A DNA stretch of 60,919 nucleotides, filler included, from Sanchytrium tribonematis (Eukaryota), in assembly GCA_018985235.1 (NCBI GenBank). It is 7 parts of 7 records of this genome, joined end to end, with 100 filler letters (N's around TTAATTAATTAA, not from the genome) between each part and the next. Parts side by side here need not be neighbours in the genome. Positions count along the whole stretch, not along the records: positions 1 to 8,682 come from JADGIG010000366.1; positions 8,783 to 17,450 come from JADGIG010000367.1; 5 more parts are not named here. The stretch is one strand, 5' to 3'. Shown piece by piece: positions 1 through 11,477 of this stretch. The notes under the pieces were generated by a model. That model saw only the letters and a list, made by a program, of their open reading frames with translations. It ran no database searches and was not told where the DNA came from. Every line of letters begins with the position of its first letter. Within the stretch, counting starts at the first letter, position 1. A program made the position numbers and the translations under genes.

Positions 1-531
1 ATGAATGAAAAGAGATTAAAAGGATATCAAGTTGATGAATGAAACCTGGGAGATGCTCTTGAATTCGTCATTTTAAACGATCTGACATCTCGCCTGCTGG
101 TCGTGAGAGTCTTTTCATTATATACAAAATACTTCTGAGATTATGTTTGTGGCTTGACATCCAATCAAAATCATGTCACATGAAAAAGACGTCTTTCAAC
201 ATCAAGAGAAGAGCCATTTCAAAATTATCACCGCTCCAGACTAATTTCATGACACGGTTAGTTATTCCAATTCAATTGGATTATCAAGAGAAGAGCCATT
301 TCAAGGTCCACCTGAAGAATTGATTAATAAGAAGTATTTTCATAAAATCAGTAATGTCATGATAGAAAATTTATTTTGCTACTCGTTGATAGAGGCCAAA
401 TACTCTTGTTTCTTTTTGGATCTTTTATTGAAATCAGTATATTTTGTTTATTATAAAAGAGATTATCATTGATTTGGGTCTACTAGTTTGGTTATATGTT
501 GTTTTTAATTACACGTGTTACCCATTTTTGA

Positions 532-1257
532 ATGTACGCACTACTCTTCAGCTTTTTGTGCGCTATTTCCATAGATTGTCCCATGGTGATTCAACTAGCA
601 TTGGACATGGATATTAAGTACACCAATACAAATTACTTTGTCCAATATAAGCAAGATTGTTGTTTGGAAATGGAGTTATTTCTTCATTGGGGATTCACGT
701 ACAATTACAATAGCCAGTACTTCCAAGCACCCTCAAGGTACTTAAATTGAAGTACTGTCGACTGACAGGACCAATAACCAATTTACCACCTAATTTGGAA
801 GAATTACAAATTCAGGGGAATTTTCTAACAGGTCCATTGCCAGTCTTTCCTGCTTCACTCAAACTCGTCGTTCCGGGTGAAAATGTAAGATGTATTATTT
901 GAGCTATTTACCTTTAGAAATTATTTCTTCATCGAAAAAATCAAGTATTTCTTATTTATTTAGTTGTGACGCGTGTATTCTTTAAAACTACAGCATTGAC
1001 TACTAAATATACAATTTTTAATAGCACCTTAATGCTTTAAAGTGTTCAAATCACAGCAACACGCTCTATTACCAATCTTACTAAATTTGATGCTCATTTT
1101 GGTAGTATTCAATGGAATTGGCAAATGATTGTCAAATTGGGAATTGATTTGATACTTTTAATTAGTTTATTGATATCTAATTGGAGAATGGAGAAAATTA
1201 GAAAGAAACCACGGTCGATACTAAGTAAATTTATGATAAATTTAGACAGTTTGTGAG
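532..1257 (+). pseudogene. Internally deleted pseudogene copy of the adjacent LRR surface-protein gene
   Basis: Same start context (acccatttttg-aatgtacgc) and N-terminus (SIDCPxVIQLALDxDIKYTNT..QDCCL) as 1337. 761-880 matches 3061-3180, followed by remnants of the Ser/Thr stalk and TM segment. Most LRRs are missing and the frames are broken. Confidence 0.75.
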
Positions 1258-1336
1258 TCTTCACTAGCTTATGTACATTTTTAATGGAATTATTTGTTGG
1301 TAATCATAAAAATAAATCAAACTACCCATTTTTGGA

Positions 1337-3789
1337 ATGTACGCGCTTCTTCTGAGATTTTTGATTGCGGTATCGATAGACTGTCCAGTAGTCATTCAGC
1401 TAGCACTTGACTTGGATATCAAGTACACCAATACAGCTTATTACGCGCAGTATGAGCAAGATTGTTGTTTGGGATATGGAGTGATTTGTGAGAATGAGAG
1501 AGTGGTAGAACTCCGTTGGGGATTTACCAAGAAATACAATCAAGTGACATATCCAGTAATACAGTTACCGCCTCAATTACGCGTATTAGACTTGAGTTAT
1601 AGCACAAAATATAAAATTATAAGAAAATTACCAGACACTCTTAAAGTATTAATTTTGGATAATGTTAATGATATTAAACTAGAAATCAACGCATTTCCTA
1701 ATCTGACGTATTTTCAAATTACTTTTGCCCAGTTAAGTTTATTACCTCCGTTGCCAAATTCTTTAGAGGTTCTTGATATTTACAGTTGTTTTGATTTTGT
1801 ATTGCCTAAAAACACTGCAAATTTAAAGGAGTTTTACAATGCTTATGGTGATTTTGGATATCCTCGTCAATTTCCAAACTTGCCAGATACAATTGAAGCC
1901 CTGGATGTATCCAACAGCAATTTATTTGGTCCCATCTCCATTGATTTTAAAAGTATACGCTCCTTAACACTAAATAACAACCTATTGTCTGGCAACTTGA
2001 CAATAACCTCTCCCAATATTACTCAATTAGTAATTAATTCGAATAAATTTGACAGGATGCTTGTGACTCATTTTGACAAAATCAACTTTTGCGAAACTAC
2101 TGAAAATTATTTTGAGCCAGATAATCAAGTTTTATTAAGCAATTTGAAACCTTACGGCTGTGCTGTAAACATCAAGTCTATATCTTCACCAGATTGTCCT
2201 AATTTGTTGAAATTTCTCAAACAATTGAATTTAGACCTGGCAAATCCAAATTACTACAAGTTTATATCTGGTCTACAGAATTGCTGTGAGGATATTATTG
2301 GATATGTAATTTGTGTTGGGAATCGTGTTGACACTATAAAATTGACAAAAATTGGAAATTTGAATGGAACGGTAAATGGCACACTTTTACCGGATACGTT
2401 GACAGCCTTGTATTTGGATCAAAATGATTTACAAGGAATGTTTCCAAATCTATCAAGATTAAATATTTTACAAGCTTTACTTTTAAATGAAAACAATTTA
2501 ACGGGTCCAATTTATGGAAAATTACCAAATAGCTTGATAACTTTAGGGCTAGCCAGAAACAACTTAAATGGTACCATTCCAAATTTAAGCAACAAAAGAA
2601 TGGGAATCCTGCTGTACTGAATTCTTGCTCATATGCGGAAAATTTGTTTAAAAAATGGGGTTTGGATGGTGACGATGTAGATGAGAATTGCTGCATTGGC
2701 AGTCTCCAACATGGCAATATTGCATGTCTAGCTGAAAATGTGACTGATATTAGCGTGTCTGGCTTAGATACTCAACTTCTTTTAACAACAAATGGATTCG
2801 CATTTTCCGTCACAGATATCCCTCCTACTTTGCAAAGTATTTCCATCACAGCAACATACAACCAAACAGTCATGCTTCCAGATAGTATCCCATCTTACTT
2901 GAAATCAATCACGATTTACGGTTATGGTGCAAATAGCATGGGAAAGTTGCCAATATTCCCAGAGGGATTAGAAACACTTTACATCAATAACTATAATTTA
3001 AACCAACCGTGACCCATACTTCCAAGTACACTAAAGATATTAAGACTAACACGATGTAATTTAACAGGTCCCATTACCAATTTACCACCCAACTTGCAAG
3101 AATTGCGAATTCAAGGGAATTTTCTAACAGGTCCATTCCCTCTATTTCCTACTTCCCTCAAAACTATCGTGCTCGGTGATCTCACTAATGAAGGAAACTC
3201 ATTTAATGACATATTGAGGCTGCAGAAACCTGTATCTTTAACTTTAGGAAATTCAAATATTTTGGATGTCCAGATTAATTCTACGGCTTCCTTCACCACT
3301 TGTGACTTATCATTCAATCCACTATTAAATAGCACCAATATAGTCAATTATACCAAATGTAAAAAGTATTATTTGAGTCCTTTACCGATACTCCAGATTT
3401 CTGTTTCTATTACATTTTCAGAATCTATTGTAACAGATTCTATTCAGTCAAATGCTTATTCAGTCTCAAATCAAACGAATCAAATTCAAATCCAATCCAG
3501 TACTACTTCACCCGTCAACACACGCAACTTTTATAAAACGACTACTTATCAAACAACTGATCAATCAATATTCACGTCTTTTATGAATAATACACAAATT
3601 AGCACTCGATTTGTCGCTCAGACTTTTAAATTTGAGAAATCTCAAACTTCTTTTCAACTCACATGGAGTATTGTAATGCGCATCTTTTAAAACATTTTAA
3701 TTTTAAATAATGTGATACTTGGTTATTTTAGCAGAAGGAAAATGAAGCTTAAAACCAAGTTTGCTACTTTGGACAGTGAATTATCCTGA
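1337..3789 (+). pseudogene. Multi-module LRR receptor-like surface protein (signal peptide, Cys caps, LRRs, S/T stalk, TM), disrupted
   Basis: ORFs 1337-2620, 2644-3012 and 3094-3690 form one protein. There is a frameshift near 2595, an in-frame TGA at 3010-3012 (NQP*PILPSTL) and an in-frame TAA at 3688-3690 inside the TM segment; the frame ends at TGA 3787-3789. Repeated DCP..CC...VIC caps and LxxLxLxxNxLxG repeats. Confidence 0.75.
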
Positions 3790-3793
3790 TTTA

Positions 3794-4366
3794 TTAAATT
3801 TCAATCATTTCGTAGTACTTTTTTGGCAAATATTCTTTCAATTCATTCAAAATAATCTTTTCTTCTTCCACCATGAATTGTTTTTCTTCCAATACTTGCT
3901 TGTATAATTCAGTTTTGCTTAAATTGACATTATTTGCAAATTCTTTACGCTCTTTATTCGTTTCCATAAATAATTTCTGTCTATTATGTTCTATATCCTT
4001 GATAATACTGCATACATTCGATTGATCCACTGCCTCGAAATTGATTGGTGGTTTTGATATTTGATGTTTTAATTGTGATGGCACATTTTGACAATCAATT
4101 TCATGGATTCTATTCAACAATGCTTCCATTGGGTTTGATGATTTCATAGACAGACTCGGTTGTTGATATTGGATGATTTGTGGTTTATAGGGATGATTAG
4201 AGATGTTCATGGACTTGATCCATTTCATGAGTCGTAATAATTGTATTTTATGGATAATTGGGTATCTTTTAAGAACTTGTGGGTCATCATAATGTCGTTG
4301 TACCATTTCTACATCTTCCAATGTGATTAATTGATCAAATATGAGTTGCGTCAAAAGTGTCTGCAT
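3794..4366 (-). CDS. Hypothetical protein with C-terminal coiled coil
   Basis: Open frame with first ATG at 4366 (MQTLLTQ); E/K-rich helical tail; stop TAA followed by AATAAA. Confidence 0.6.
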   Translation of the reverse strand: MQTLLTQLIFDQLITLEDVEMVQRHYDDPQVLKRYPIIHKIQLLRLMKWIKSMNISNHPYKPQIIQYQQPSLSMKSSNPMEALLNRIHEIDCQNVPSQLKHQISKPPINFEAVDQSNVCSIIKDIEHNRQKLFMETNKERKEFANNVNLSKTELYKQVLEEKQFMVEEEKIILNELKEYLPKKYYEMIEI

Positions 4367-4521
4367 TTTCAAAATTTGTTTGAAAAATTCCAAAATATCT
4401 GTTTATTCAATTGAATACCATTTTGCACATGCAAGTGGATTGTATCATATATTTTTATGAATACAAACTCATTTGATTCGTTCTTATTATTTGCAAATGT
4501 CTGAGAATCATTTGATTTGCC

Positions 4522-4869
4522 ATGTTTTATAACTCGATATTACATGTACCATCCCATCTCTCATTCCCAAAAATGAATAGCGAGTCTATCCAAATTAAAG
4601 AAACCTCCAATATAATCAACAAAATAGTCGATTTAACCATGATCAAATCCAAACAATCCCCATCTCTGTTCCAACAAATTACTTATCAAAATACCATCAG
4701 ATTTATCCAATATCATTATCCCGTCTCTTATTTATTATCAATTGAATATTATCAAAATGAAGAAGATGTTATTTCTGATATTCATGATTTATTGCATCAC
4801 AATTTGACAAATATTGACAATGTGAGTGCAGAAATGGAATTATTAAAACAGAATAAATTTATTTGCTAG
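4522..4869 (+). CDS. Hypothetical protein
   Basis: 115-aa ORF filling the space between two genes; AATAAAT just before the stop; 3' end overlaps the convergent gene. Confidence 0.45.
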   Translation: MFYNSILHVPSHLSFPKMNSESIQIKETSNIINKIVDLTMIKSKQSPSLFQQITYQNTIRFIQYHYPVSYLLSIEYYQNEEDVISDIHDLLHHNLTNIDNVSAEMELLKQNKFIC

Positions 4870-5797
4870 TCAATCTTGGATTTCCATCATGATTGGAGAG
4901 AGTGTACAGATCAGAATCCATGTGTTGCATTAGATCGATCATATTATTACAAAATGCCTCAAATTCTAACTTTTGTTCCTGTGCGTATATTTTAAATTTT
5001 TGCATTTCAACTCCAAATTCTTTTGCTAATTCCCTATCTATCAGTAATTGAGCTAAATATTCAGCCCAACCATATCTGATAAAATCAGTAAATGGACTGG
5101 ATTCAAGTTTTTTAGTACCAATACTAGTCCACAGTTGTGATATTTGTACCATTTGCAATTCTCCCATTATATCAAATACTTGCGACAGAAACCCTAACCA
5201 ATCAGAATACGGTTCTTCTTCATATAGCTCTCTAAATTTCTGCCTCTGTCTCTTTAACAACTCGAGGAATTGAGAGATCACTTGTAAATTTAAATCCCTT
5301 GCGACTTGAAGTCTGACTTTTTGATCATCTGAGACTCTCATGGAAATTTCATTATAAATCGAATTGCAGTTTAATTGAAATTGTACAAAATCAAAACGTG
5401 GAACACCCAAATGGTCATGTGGTAAAGTCTCAATTAAAGCAGTTGCTTCAAGCATCACTGGGGAACTGGATCCAAACTCTTCATATGCTTCGATGTAATT
5501 AGAAATGATTTTAAGTATTCCCATATGAAATTGTCTACAATCACCCCTTGAATTTTGAAAATGGACCACTATTTTCTTCAACACTGCCAAACTAAAAGGA
5601 CGGAAGTTATAGTTTGGCTCCATTTGCTGATAAAATAAGTTTATCAAAGGATTCGATCTATCATCTAATATACATTTCTTGCTAACTTCAAGAGACTCTC
5701 CATTAATGAATTGCACAAACACAAGCTCACCACGATCATCACTCCTAATTTGTTCATCCCAATACCCACCAAATAATAGACAGATTAGAATCAACAT
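4859..5797 (-). CDS. Secreted helical protein, effector-like family member A
   Basis: ATG at 5797 gives the signal peptide MLILICLLFG; CATAAAG 28 nt upstream; alignable with the next gene (FH..I..II..YI.A, EA..L.E..P.D.L..FDF, FI.YG...YL). Confidence 0.75.
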   Translation of the reverse strand: MLILICLLFGGYWDEQIRSDDRGELVFVQFINGESLEVSKKCILDDRSNPLINLFYQQMEPNYNFRPFSLAVLKKIVVHFQNSRGDCRQFHMGILKIISNYIEAYEEFGSSSPVMLEATALIETLPHDHLGVPRFDFVQFQLNCNSIYNEISMRVSDDQKVRLQVARDLNLQVISQFLELLKRQRQKFRELYEEEPYSDWLGFLSQVFDIMGELQMVQISQLWTSIGTKKLESSPFTDFIRYGWAEYLAQLLIDRELAKEFGVEMQKFKIYAQEQKLEFEAFCNNMIDLMQHMDSDLYTLSNHDGNPRLTSK

Positions 5798-5969
5798 GTA
5801 ATGTAAGAGGGATGCGTGCTTTATGTAGGGGATCCTGTGTTTATTTGTACTCAAATATCTTCCAATCAAAATCAAAACTAAAGGAACGCACAATTTTGTG
5901 TTTATTTGTACTTGATTGTATTTCAATGTGCTATTTGTGATTGCACTTTGGATAATGAATAAAAAGCAA

Positions 5970-6863
5970 TCAATTTTTATTATTAGCTCCTAAAATGTTG
6001 TAAAGAGTTACGAGGATGTCGTTACATAATTGGACTATTTTTGGTTTAGAAGAATTTTCAGCAAGTTCTTTCAAATGAATCATCTCATTCTTGGCTTGCG
6101 TGTATAAATCCGAATTTGAATCAATATTTAAATAGTCTACACTCCCATACTTGATAAATTTGAGAATTGGTCCAATTTTTACTGACTCCAATTTACCAAT
6201 AGTCGCCAATAACTCAATCAATTGCCTTATATTTCTTAAATCAATGACCTTGCGTAATCTCAAATATATATTTCTCATGCCTGGACTTATATGAGATTTA
6301 GCTTGTAGATTTAAAGACTTTCTGTAAAATCGAATCACAAGTACATTTAAATCCAACAAATATTGAAGTTTAGGTGCTGTCCTTGATTCTTTATTCAATT
6401 GTTTAGCCATTTTCATAGTTTTCAACTCATATTTAGAAAAGTCAAATTGATGAAATAGGTAATCACTAGGAAATGCTTCAACCAGTTCGGATGCTTCTTT
6501 GATTAATCCCTTATTGAGTTCAACAGATGCATTAATGTACTTTTGGATGATTTCAAATAAAGGTGCATGAAATTCATTACTATTTTCTGAAAAGTAATTA
6601 GCCACGATTCTTAATTCTCTAATTTCCATTTTTTGATATAAATGATTAAATAGCAGTAAATTGTAAAACGATTTCACAGATTCATTTTTTAAATCCTTAA
6701 ATGCACATGTTCGGACAGTCTCAGATACTGGAAAAGATCTCTTGATACCTTTTAATTTCACTTCAATATATTTCAAATATATTTTCAACGATGGGGTCCT
6801 TTTAGCAATATTCAATTGATCCTCCCAATATGTAGCCAATAATAGACAGATTAGAATCAACAT
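5970..6863 (-). CDS. Secreted helical protein, effector-like family member B
   Basis: ATG at 6863 gives MLILICLLLA; TATAAAG 30 nt upstream; tandem paralog of 4859-5797. Confidence 0.75.
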   Translation of the reverse strand: MLILICLLLATYWEDQLNIAKRTPSLKIYLKYIEVKLKGIKRSFPVSETVRTCAFKDLKNESVKSFYNLLLFNHLYQKMEIRELRIVANYFSENSNEFHAPLFEIIQKYINASVELNKGLIKEASELVEAFPSDYLFHQFDFSKYELKTMKMAKQLNKESRTAPKLQYLLDLNVLVIRFYRKSLNLQAKSHISPGMRNIYLRLRKVIDLRNIRQLIELLATIGKLESVKIGPILKFIKYGSVDYLNIDSNSDLYTQAKNEMIHLKELAENSSKPKIVQLCNDILVTLYNILGANNKN

Positions 6864-6912
6864 GAGAGGGAATAGAGGGATGCGTGCTTTATATAGGAGA
6901 TATTTGTGACTA

Positions 6913-6990
6913 AATGTACCCGAATGTACCCGAATGTACTTATGTCCTCCCATGTTCGTTCCTACTCTATTCTACTCTATCCTACTCTAT
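6913..6990. repeat. Short tandem repeats (aatgtacccg x2.5; [c/t]ctactctat x3)
   Basis: Visible directly in the divergent promoter region. Confidence 0.7.
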
Positions 6991-7165
6991 CATGCACTTG
7001 TAAATGCACTAGTGAATACCCAATTTACTTTGGTTGATACGCTCTATTTGGTATTTCTCACATGATAAAAGACGTGCCCCGATGTATCATGACTTGCGAG
7101 TCATCTGTTGAAATCACATCCATGACGTATTTCATTATATAGCAAGCATTGCATTAGCAACCAAA

Positions 7166-8361
7166 ATGACTCATATTCTGCTTTTATTAATCCCTATATT
7201 CTCTACTCAATCGTATTGGAGTGATAATTTCCAATATCCCATTCGGACAGAATCCAATTCGAATAAAATCAATTTAGTGATGCTAGCAGATGATTTTTAT
7301 AAAGTACCTTGTGGTAGACGGACAGCTGGATGGATACGGGCATTATGGCATGATTTTGGGACATTTGATCAATCTGATAATTCTGGTGGATTAGATGGCT
7401 CTATTCTCTATGAATTGGATAGATTAGAGAATACGAGACTGGATACACCCACGTATTACATTGCAAACAAGGCAAATGACTATAATGTGCCATTAAGTGA
7501 TGCTATTTATTTAGCAGGGATTATAGCCATACGAAGATGTGGTGGTCCTAAAATCCCATTTTATTATGGTCGTGAGGATGCAAGTGAAGCCAATCCAAGT
7601 GGGAGAATGTTGTTTACAAATGCCACTTTTGCAGATATGAAACAATTCATGGTCGTCAAAAATGGCTTCTCATTTCCCCAATTTGTGGCTTCTATTGGTG
7701 TCGGACACACTGTTGGTAAATTAAACAAAGATTTTGGACCTATGAAAGCAGGTGGACTGGATACTACCATTGATTCTCCAAATGCGTTTGATAATTTATA
7801 TTTTCAAAATTTATTGATTAATAATACAGATATTACCACATTTGCAAGTGATTTACAGCTATTAACAGATCCATATTCATTGAGAATGGTCAGAAGATTG
7901 GGTAGAAATCAACCATATTTCTTTAAATTGGCTAGGAGTGTCATGACATGGATGGGGACTGCTGGATGGTATATTCTAATTGATTTAGGGATGATTTGTA
8001 TTATATGGATGTATGGAAGTGGTTAGAAGCACCTAAATGTGACACACCTCAATTTATGGCACCTACTCAAAATATTCCACTTAAAGTGGATTCGAGTGTC
8101 ACAGGCAGTGCGTCACTGGATGGCACAGTCATGACAGATTCAAATATTACAGTCAATGCACAAGTCATTGCGAGTGATCAATCTAAAGGAAATGAAACAG
8201 ATAATTCTGTCGTGGATCCTTCAAAACAAGTGAAACCTGATGATAAAGTGGTACAGGCTAGTTTGGTAGATACGATGAAGCAAGCATTTGTGCCAGTACA
8301 GAATGAAAATGCTGTCAATGCAAGTGATTTACCAGTACCATCCCCAGTTGAATTAAAATAA
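7166..8361 (+). CDS. Secreted heme peroxidase (peroxidase-catalase superfamily), join(7166..7968,7989..8361)
   Basis: Signal peptide; distal RALWHD; GGLDGSI..ELDRLEN; CGGPKIPFYYGREDA; proximal GHTVG; FDNLYF; SDLQLLTDP. Removing the 20-nt intron joins the two ORFs in frame (GTAGW-DDLYYMDVW). Confidence 0.88.
7969..7988 (+). other. 20-nt spliceosomal intron GTATATTCTAATTGATTTAG
   Basis: GT-AG ends; removal restores the frame; matches the shared intron consensus. Confidence 0.85.
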
Positions 8362-8682
8362 ATTGAATTTATTACTTTAATTTAATAAATAACCGACATA
8401 GATCTTGAATGAATTTTTATCACGGAAATGATTTTGAATATCTGACATTGTATTGTAGCAGCTGTACATTTCAATATTTAATTTCTTGCAAATATCTACA
8501 TAGTCTGCATTGATTTCATGTTTATTATTATAATACATGTAGACTGCTAATTGGAGATAAATTAATATCCATCTATCGTAATTGACATGAACGGAATTAG
8601 AACCTAATACATCAGCAGTCTGTTGTAAATACGGTAAAGACAAGGGTTCCAACAACACATTTTCATCGAAATTATAGTTTTC

Positions 8683-8782
8683 NNNNNNNNNNNNNNNNNN
8701 NNNNNNNNNNNNNNNNNNNNNNNNNNTTAATTAATTAANNNNNNNNNNNNNNNNNNNNNNNNNNNNNNNNNNNNNNNNNNNN
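8683..8782. other. Artificial contig linker (44N-TTAATTAATTAA-44N); also at 17451-17550, 26203-26302, 34895-34994, 43574-43673, 52250-52349
   Basis: Identical 100-nt spacer with stops in all six frames; flanking contigs decrease monotonically in length (8682, 8668, 8652, 8592, 8579, 8576, 8570). Confidence 0.97.
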
Positions 8783-9109
8783 AGAAAGTTTTTACAGCAA
8801 TCTCAACGTGAATTAAAATATTTACATTTTATAAGTAGCAAACAAGCTCATCGTCTTTACTTTTATCACTTTTACACATTCCAGCATTATGATGACAGTT
8901 GGGATGTTGTCAGAGATGCAATGAAAGTGAAATCACAAGATCGATTGAATGATAAAACGGCAAATTTTATCAAAGACAGAAATTTTGTGTGTCACAATAT
9001 CAGCGGAATATCTTTAAATGTCGCCAAATTGATAAATTACACTAATATTTACAAAGATTTAGTCGTTGCTACAAATCAATGGGTTAAAAATATTGATTTT
9101 ATTAAATAA
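8783..9109 (+). CDS. Hypothetical protein, 5'-truncated by the contig edge
   Basis: Frame is open from the first base of the contig (RKFLQQSQREL...) to TAA at 9109, which sits within AATAAAT. Confidence 0.6.
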   Translation, partial: RKFLQQSQRELKYLHFISSKQAHRLYFYHFYTFQHYDDSWDVVRDAMKVKSQDRLNDKTANFIKDRNFVCHNISGISLNVAKLINYTNIYKDLVVATNQWVKNIDFIK

Positions 9110-9110
9110 A

Positions 9111-9902
9111 TTAATTTAAACTATTTTGTGGCACTTGTAAATTTGAGTGAAATGAATTCAATCGACTCAAACTATGATCATTTAAAGTCTCTAATAATTC
9201 ATCATAAAATTTAATGATAAATAAGCCACGTATCAAGTACGTAGACCCTCTTAAATGTCTGCTCATTTGCGCATTTAAAATAATAGAAATAATTAGTAAA
9301 ATATCCATGGAAATCAAAATAACAAGTGATAATGTCAATTCATACACTAATTTGAATTTATATCGATCTCTATATTTTAATATATCCAGTATTTTATAAA
9401 GTAAAATAAAATAAATTAAAATTTCTAAAATTGTAATGCAACTACTAAAAATAATAGATATAATGTAATTTATGGGCTTTAAAAAGGGATAAAAATAGTT
9501 TAAAATGCTTAGTGTATTGATGGGGACCATGCAGAATACGAAATACCAGGGTATTTTGTTGATAAATGCATCATATTTGGAATAAGTGCCTAGTGATTGC
9601 ACACGGACAGCGTAGAGCCAATTAACACTCATAATCATAATGTACCAACATATATTGCCTAGAATCAAGTGGAAATAAATGGTATATTGGAATTGAGTGA
9701 CTAAGATTTGAATAATTTCAAATAAAATGGAACTAAATAGACTGATTTGTAGAACATAAAAGAATTTACGCCTTTTATGAGGGAATACGAGGTATGATTT
9801 GCCAATTGCTTGTATAAATACAAATAAATCTAGGCCAAAGAGTGCAAAAATCATGATTTTGTAGGGATCTAGAGGTTCATTTGGTTGGAATTGAGGATGC
9901 AT
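9111..9902 (-). CDS. Multi-pass (~7 TM) membrane protein, GPCR-like topology
   Basis: About seven hydrophobic segments in 263 aa. Confidence 0.75.
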   Translation of the reverse strand: MHPQFQPNEPLDPYKIMIFALFGLDLFVFIQAIGKSYLVFPHKRRKFFYVLQISLFSSILFEIIQILVTQFQYTIYFHLILGNICWYIMIMSVNWLYAVRVQSLGTYSKYDAFINKIPWYFVFCMVPINTLSILNYFYPFLKPINYIISIIFSSCITILEILIYFILLYKILDILKYRDRYKFKLVYELTLSLVILISMDILLIISIILNAQMSRHLRGSTYLIRGLFIIKFYDELLETLNDHSLSRLNSFHSNLQVPQNSLN

Positions 9903-9952
9903 TATTTTATTTTGAAGCAGATTAAAGCTATTTTAATGAACCGTCTTTCAAT

Positions 9953-10912
9953 TTAGATATTTAGTGAGCGAATCAATTTGCGAGAATGCACGTGATTTTT
10001 GCAAATGACTGCCAGGTTGCAGATGATCAATTTGACATGTTGAAGTTGCATTTGTCTCGATTTTATTGATAAAAATACTATATATTCATAATAATGTATG
10101 AAATGAATGAATATTTGAATACTGCCAGACCTGACTGTTGAATATTTTGAAATGAAATGAATTTGGTGAAATAAATGGGGGAATAGATTCAATTTGATGC
10201 TTTTGGATGGATGTCGGGAAGATTTATCATTTAAATAATGTGTATAGAATGCTAAATAGTTCATATGTTGAACAAATTTAACCAGTTTGTATCTCACGCG
10301 ATGTTGGCAAATTTGAATTTCTTTGCATTTCTCAATGATACTATGCTTAATTGATGAACGAATGACTACAGGGGACATATTTAGTATACTGACATTGTGA
10401 GAGACTCTTTTAATTCGTCTCATGTATCTTTTTTTGACGATTAGACCAATTTGAATATTTTGAAGAATTTTCATTCCTTGGAATAATATCTTTAAATACT
10501 TTATTGTGAAGTATGTTTCGATTCTATGTAATATGCATGTATATTTGAACATGGTAAAGTACTTGAGATATCTAAAATGAGCAGTTTTAAGTTGATTTAT
10601 CTGCATTTTAACTAAATATTGCACCAAGCTGGGCGTGAATTGTCTTTTTATTATTGAAGAATGACAATTTTGTATTTTGATGATGGTATAATACTTGGTT
10701 TTAATATGGAATTTGCTTTTTTGGTTCAATAAATCAATTTGAATATTTTGTAAATTTAAAAATACTTGCTTTTGACATTTAATAATTTTATAAACTTGAG
10801 ATAATTTGATTAAATGAAATGGGGTTATAGATTTCCATTTATAATAGAATTTTAAATATCTGATTTTTAGATAAACTCGAGAAATACATGGAAGAAATTT
10901 AACTTGTTTCAT
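9953..10912 (-). CDS. Basic helical hypothetical protein (weakly Sfi1-repeat-like)
   Basis: Long open frame rich in K/I/Y/F; start uncertain (10912 or 10954); the ORF-track extension to 11197 overlaps the zinc-finger gene. Confidence 0.5.
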   Translation of the reverse strand: MKQVKFLPCISRVYLKIRYLKFYYKWKSITPFHLIKLSQVYKIIKCQKQVFLNLQNIQIDLLNQKSKFHIKTKYYTIIKIQNCHSSIIKRQFTPSLVQYLVKMQINQLKTAHFRYLKYFTMFKYTCILHRIETYFTIKYLKILFQGMKILQNIQIGLIVKKRYMRRIKRVSHNVSILNMSPVVIRSSIKHSIIEKCKEIQICQHRVRYKLVKFVQHMNYLAFYTHYLNDKSSRHPSKSIKLNLFPHLFHQIHFISKYSTVRSGSIQIFIHFIHYYEYIVFLSIKSRQMQLQHVKLIICNLAVICKNHVHSRKLIRSLNI

Positions 10913-11033
10913 ATGAAAAAAGTGAAAAATCAATTTAAGTAATGTTAAACTCATATTTGAACACCAATTACAGGAAAATACTTTGCCCAGGGGGATCAGA
11001 AATGTGATTACCAAGTGATAATGGCCAATCAAA

Positions 11034-11441
11034 ATGGCAGAGGCTGTAAAAAGTGAAAAATCGCAAGGATCGGCAAAGGACCATAAATGCCATAAATACT
11101 TGCCAGAGTATTTCATTATGGATATCCAATTACTTCTTAATAACAAACAAAAAGGGCACTGCCCCAAATGCAAGAAAAGATTCTCAGATCCAAACACAGC
11201 TCTTCGTCATTTTAAACACGTTCATTGCGAAGCGTATGTTTGCCCACATTGTGAAAAGACATTAAAAGTATTTGGAAGACCGAAAGCATTAAAATCTCAC
11301 TATTTATCCTGCAAAATATTAAAATCCAAGCTGATGTTTGATGTAACTCAAATAGATCAAATTGCCGAAACAGACTATAATTTATTCAAAACCAATTTCG
11401 CTCACATCAAGAATACATTGGCGCAATTTGAACTCAAATAA
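11034..11441 (+). CDS. C2H2 zinc-finger protein
   Basis: CPKCKKRF...LRHFKHVH followed by CPHC...LKSHYLSC; the true start may be the downstream Met (MDIQ). Confidence 0.8.
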   Translation: MAEAVKSEKSQGSAKDHKCHKYLPEYFIMDIQLLLNNKQKGHCPKCKKRFSDPNTALRHFKHVHCEAYVCPHCEKTLKVFGRPKALKSHYLSCKILKSKLMFDVTQIDQIAETDYNLFKTNFAHIKNTLAQFELK

Positions 11442-11477
11442 AAAATGGCAAATTTCAACAATATTTTTTCAAACAAA

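Noticed and set aside
201..304. 22-bp direct repeat ATCAAGAGAAGAGCCATTTCAA (201-222, 283-304)
   Set aside because: Only two copies in degenerate sequence; no element structure found.
8683..8782. Regularly spaced palindrome TTAATTAATTAA every ~8.7 kb
   Set aside because: Artificial six-frame-stop linker between size-sorted contigs. Gene neighbourhoods across linkers and ORFs containing X are meaningless.
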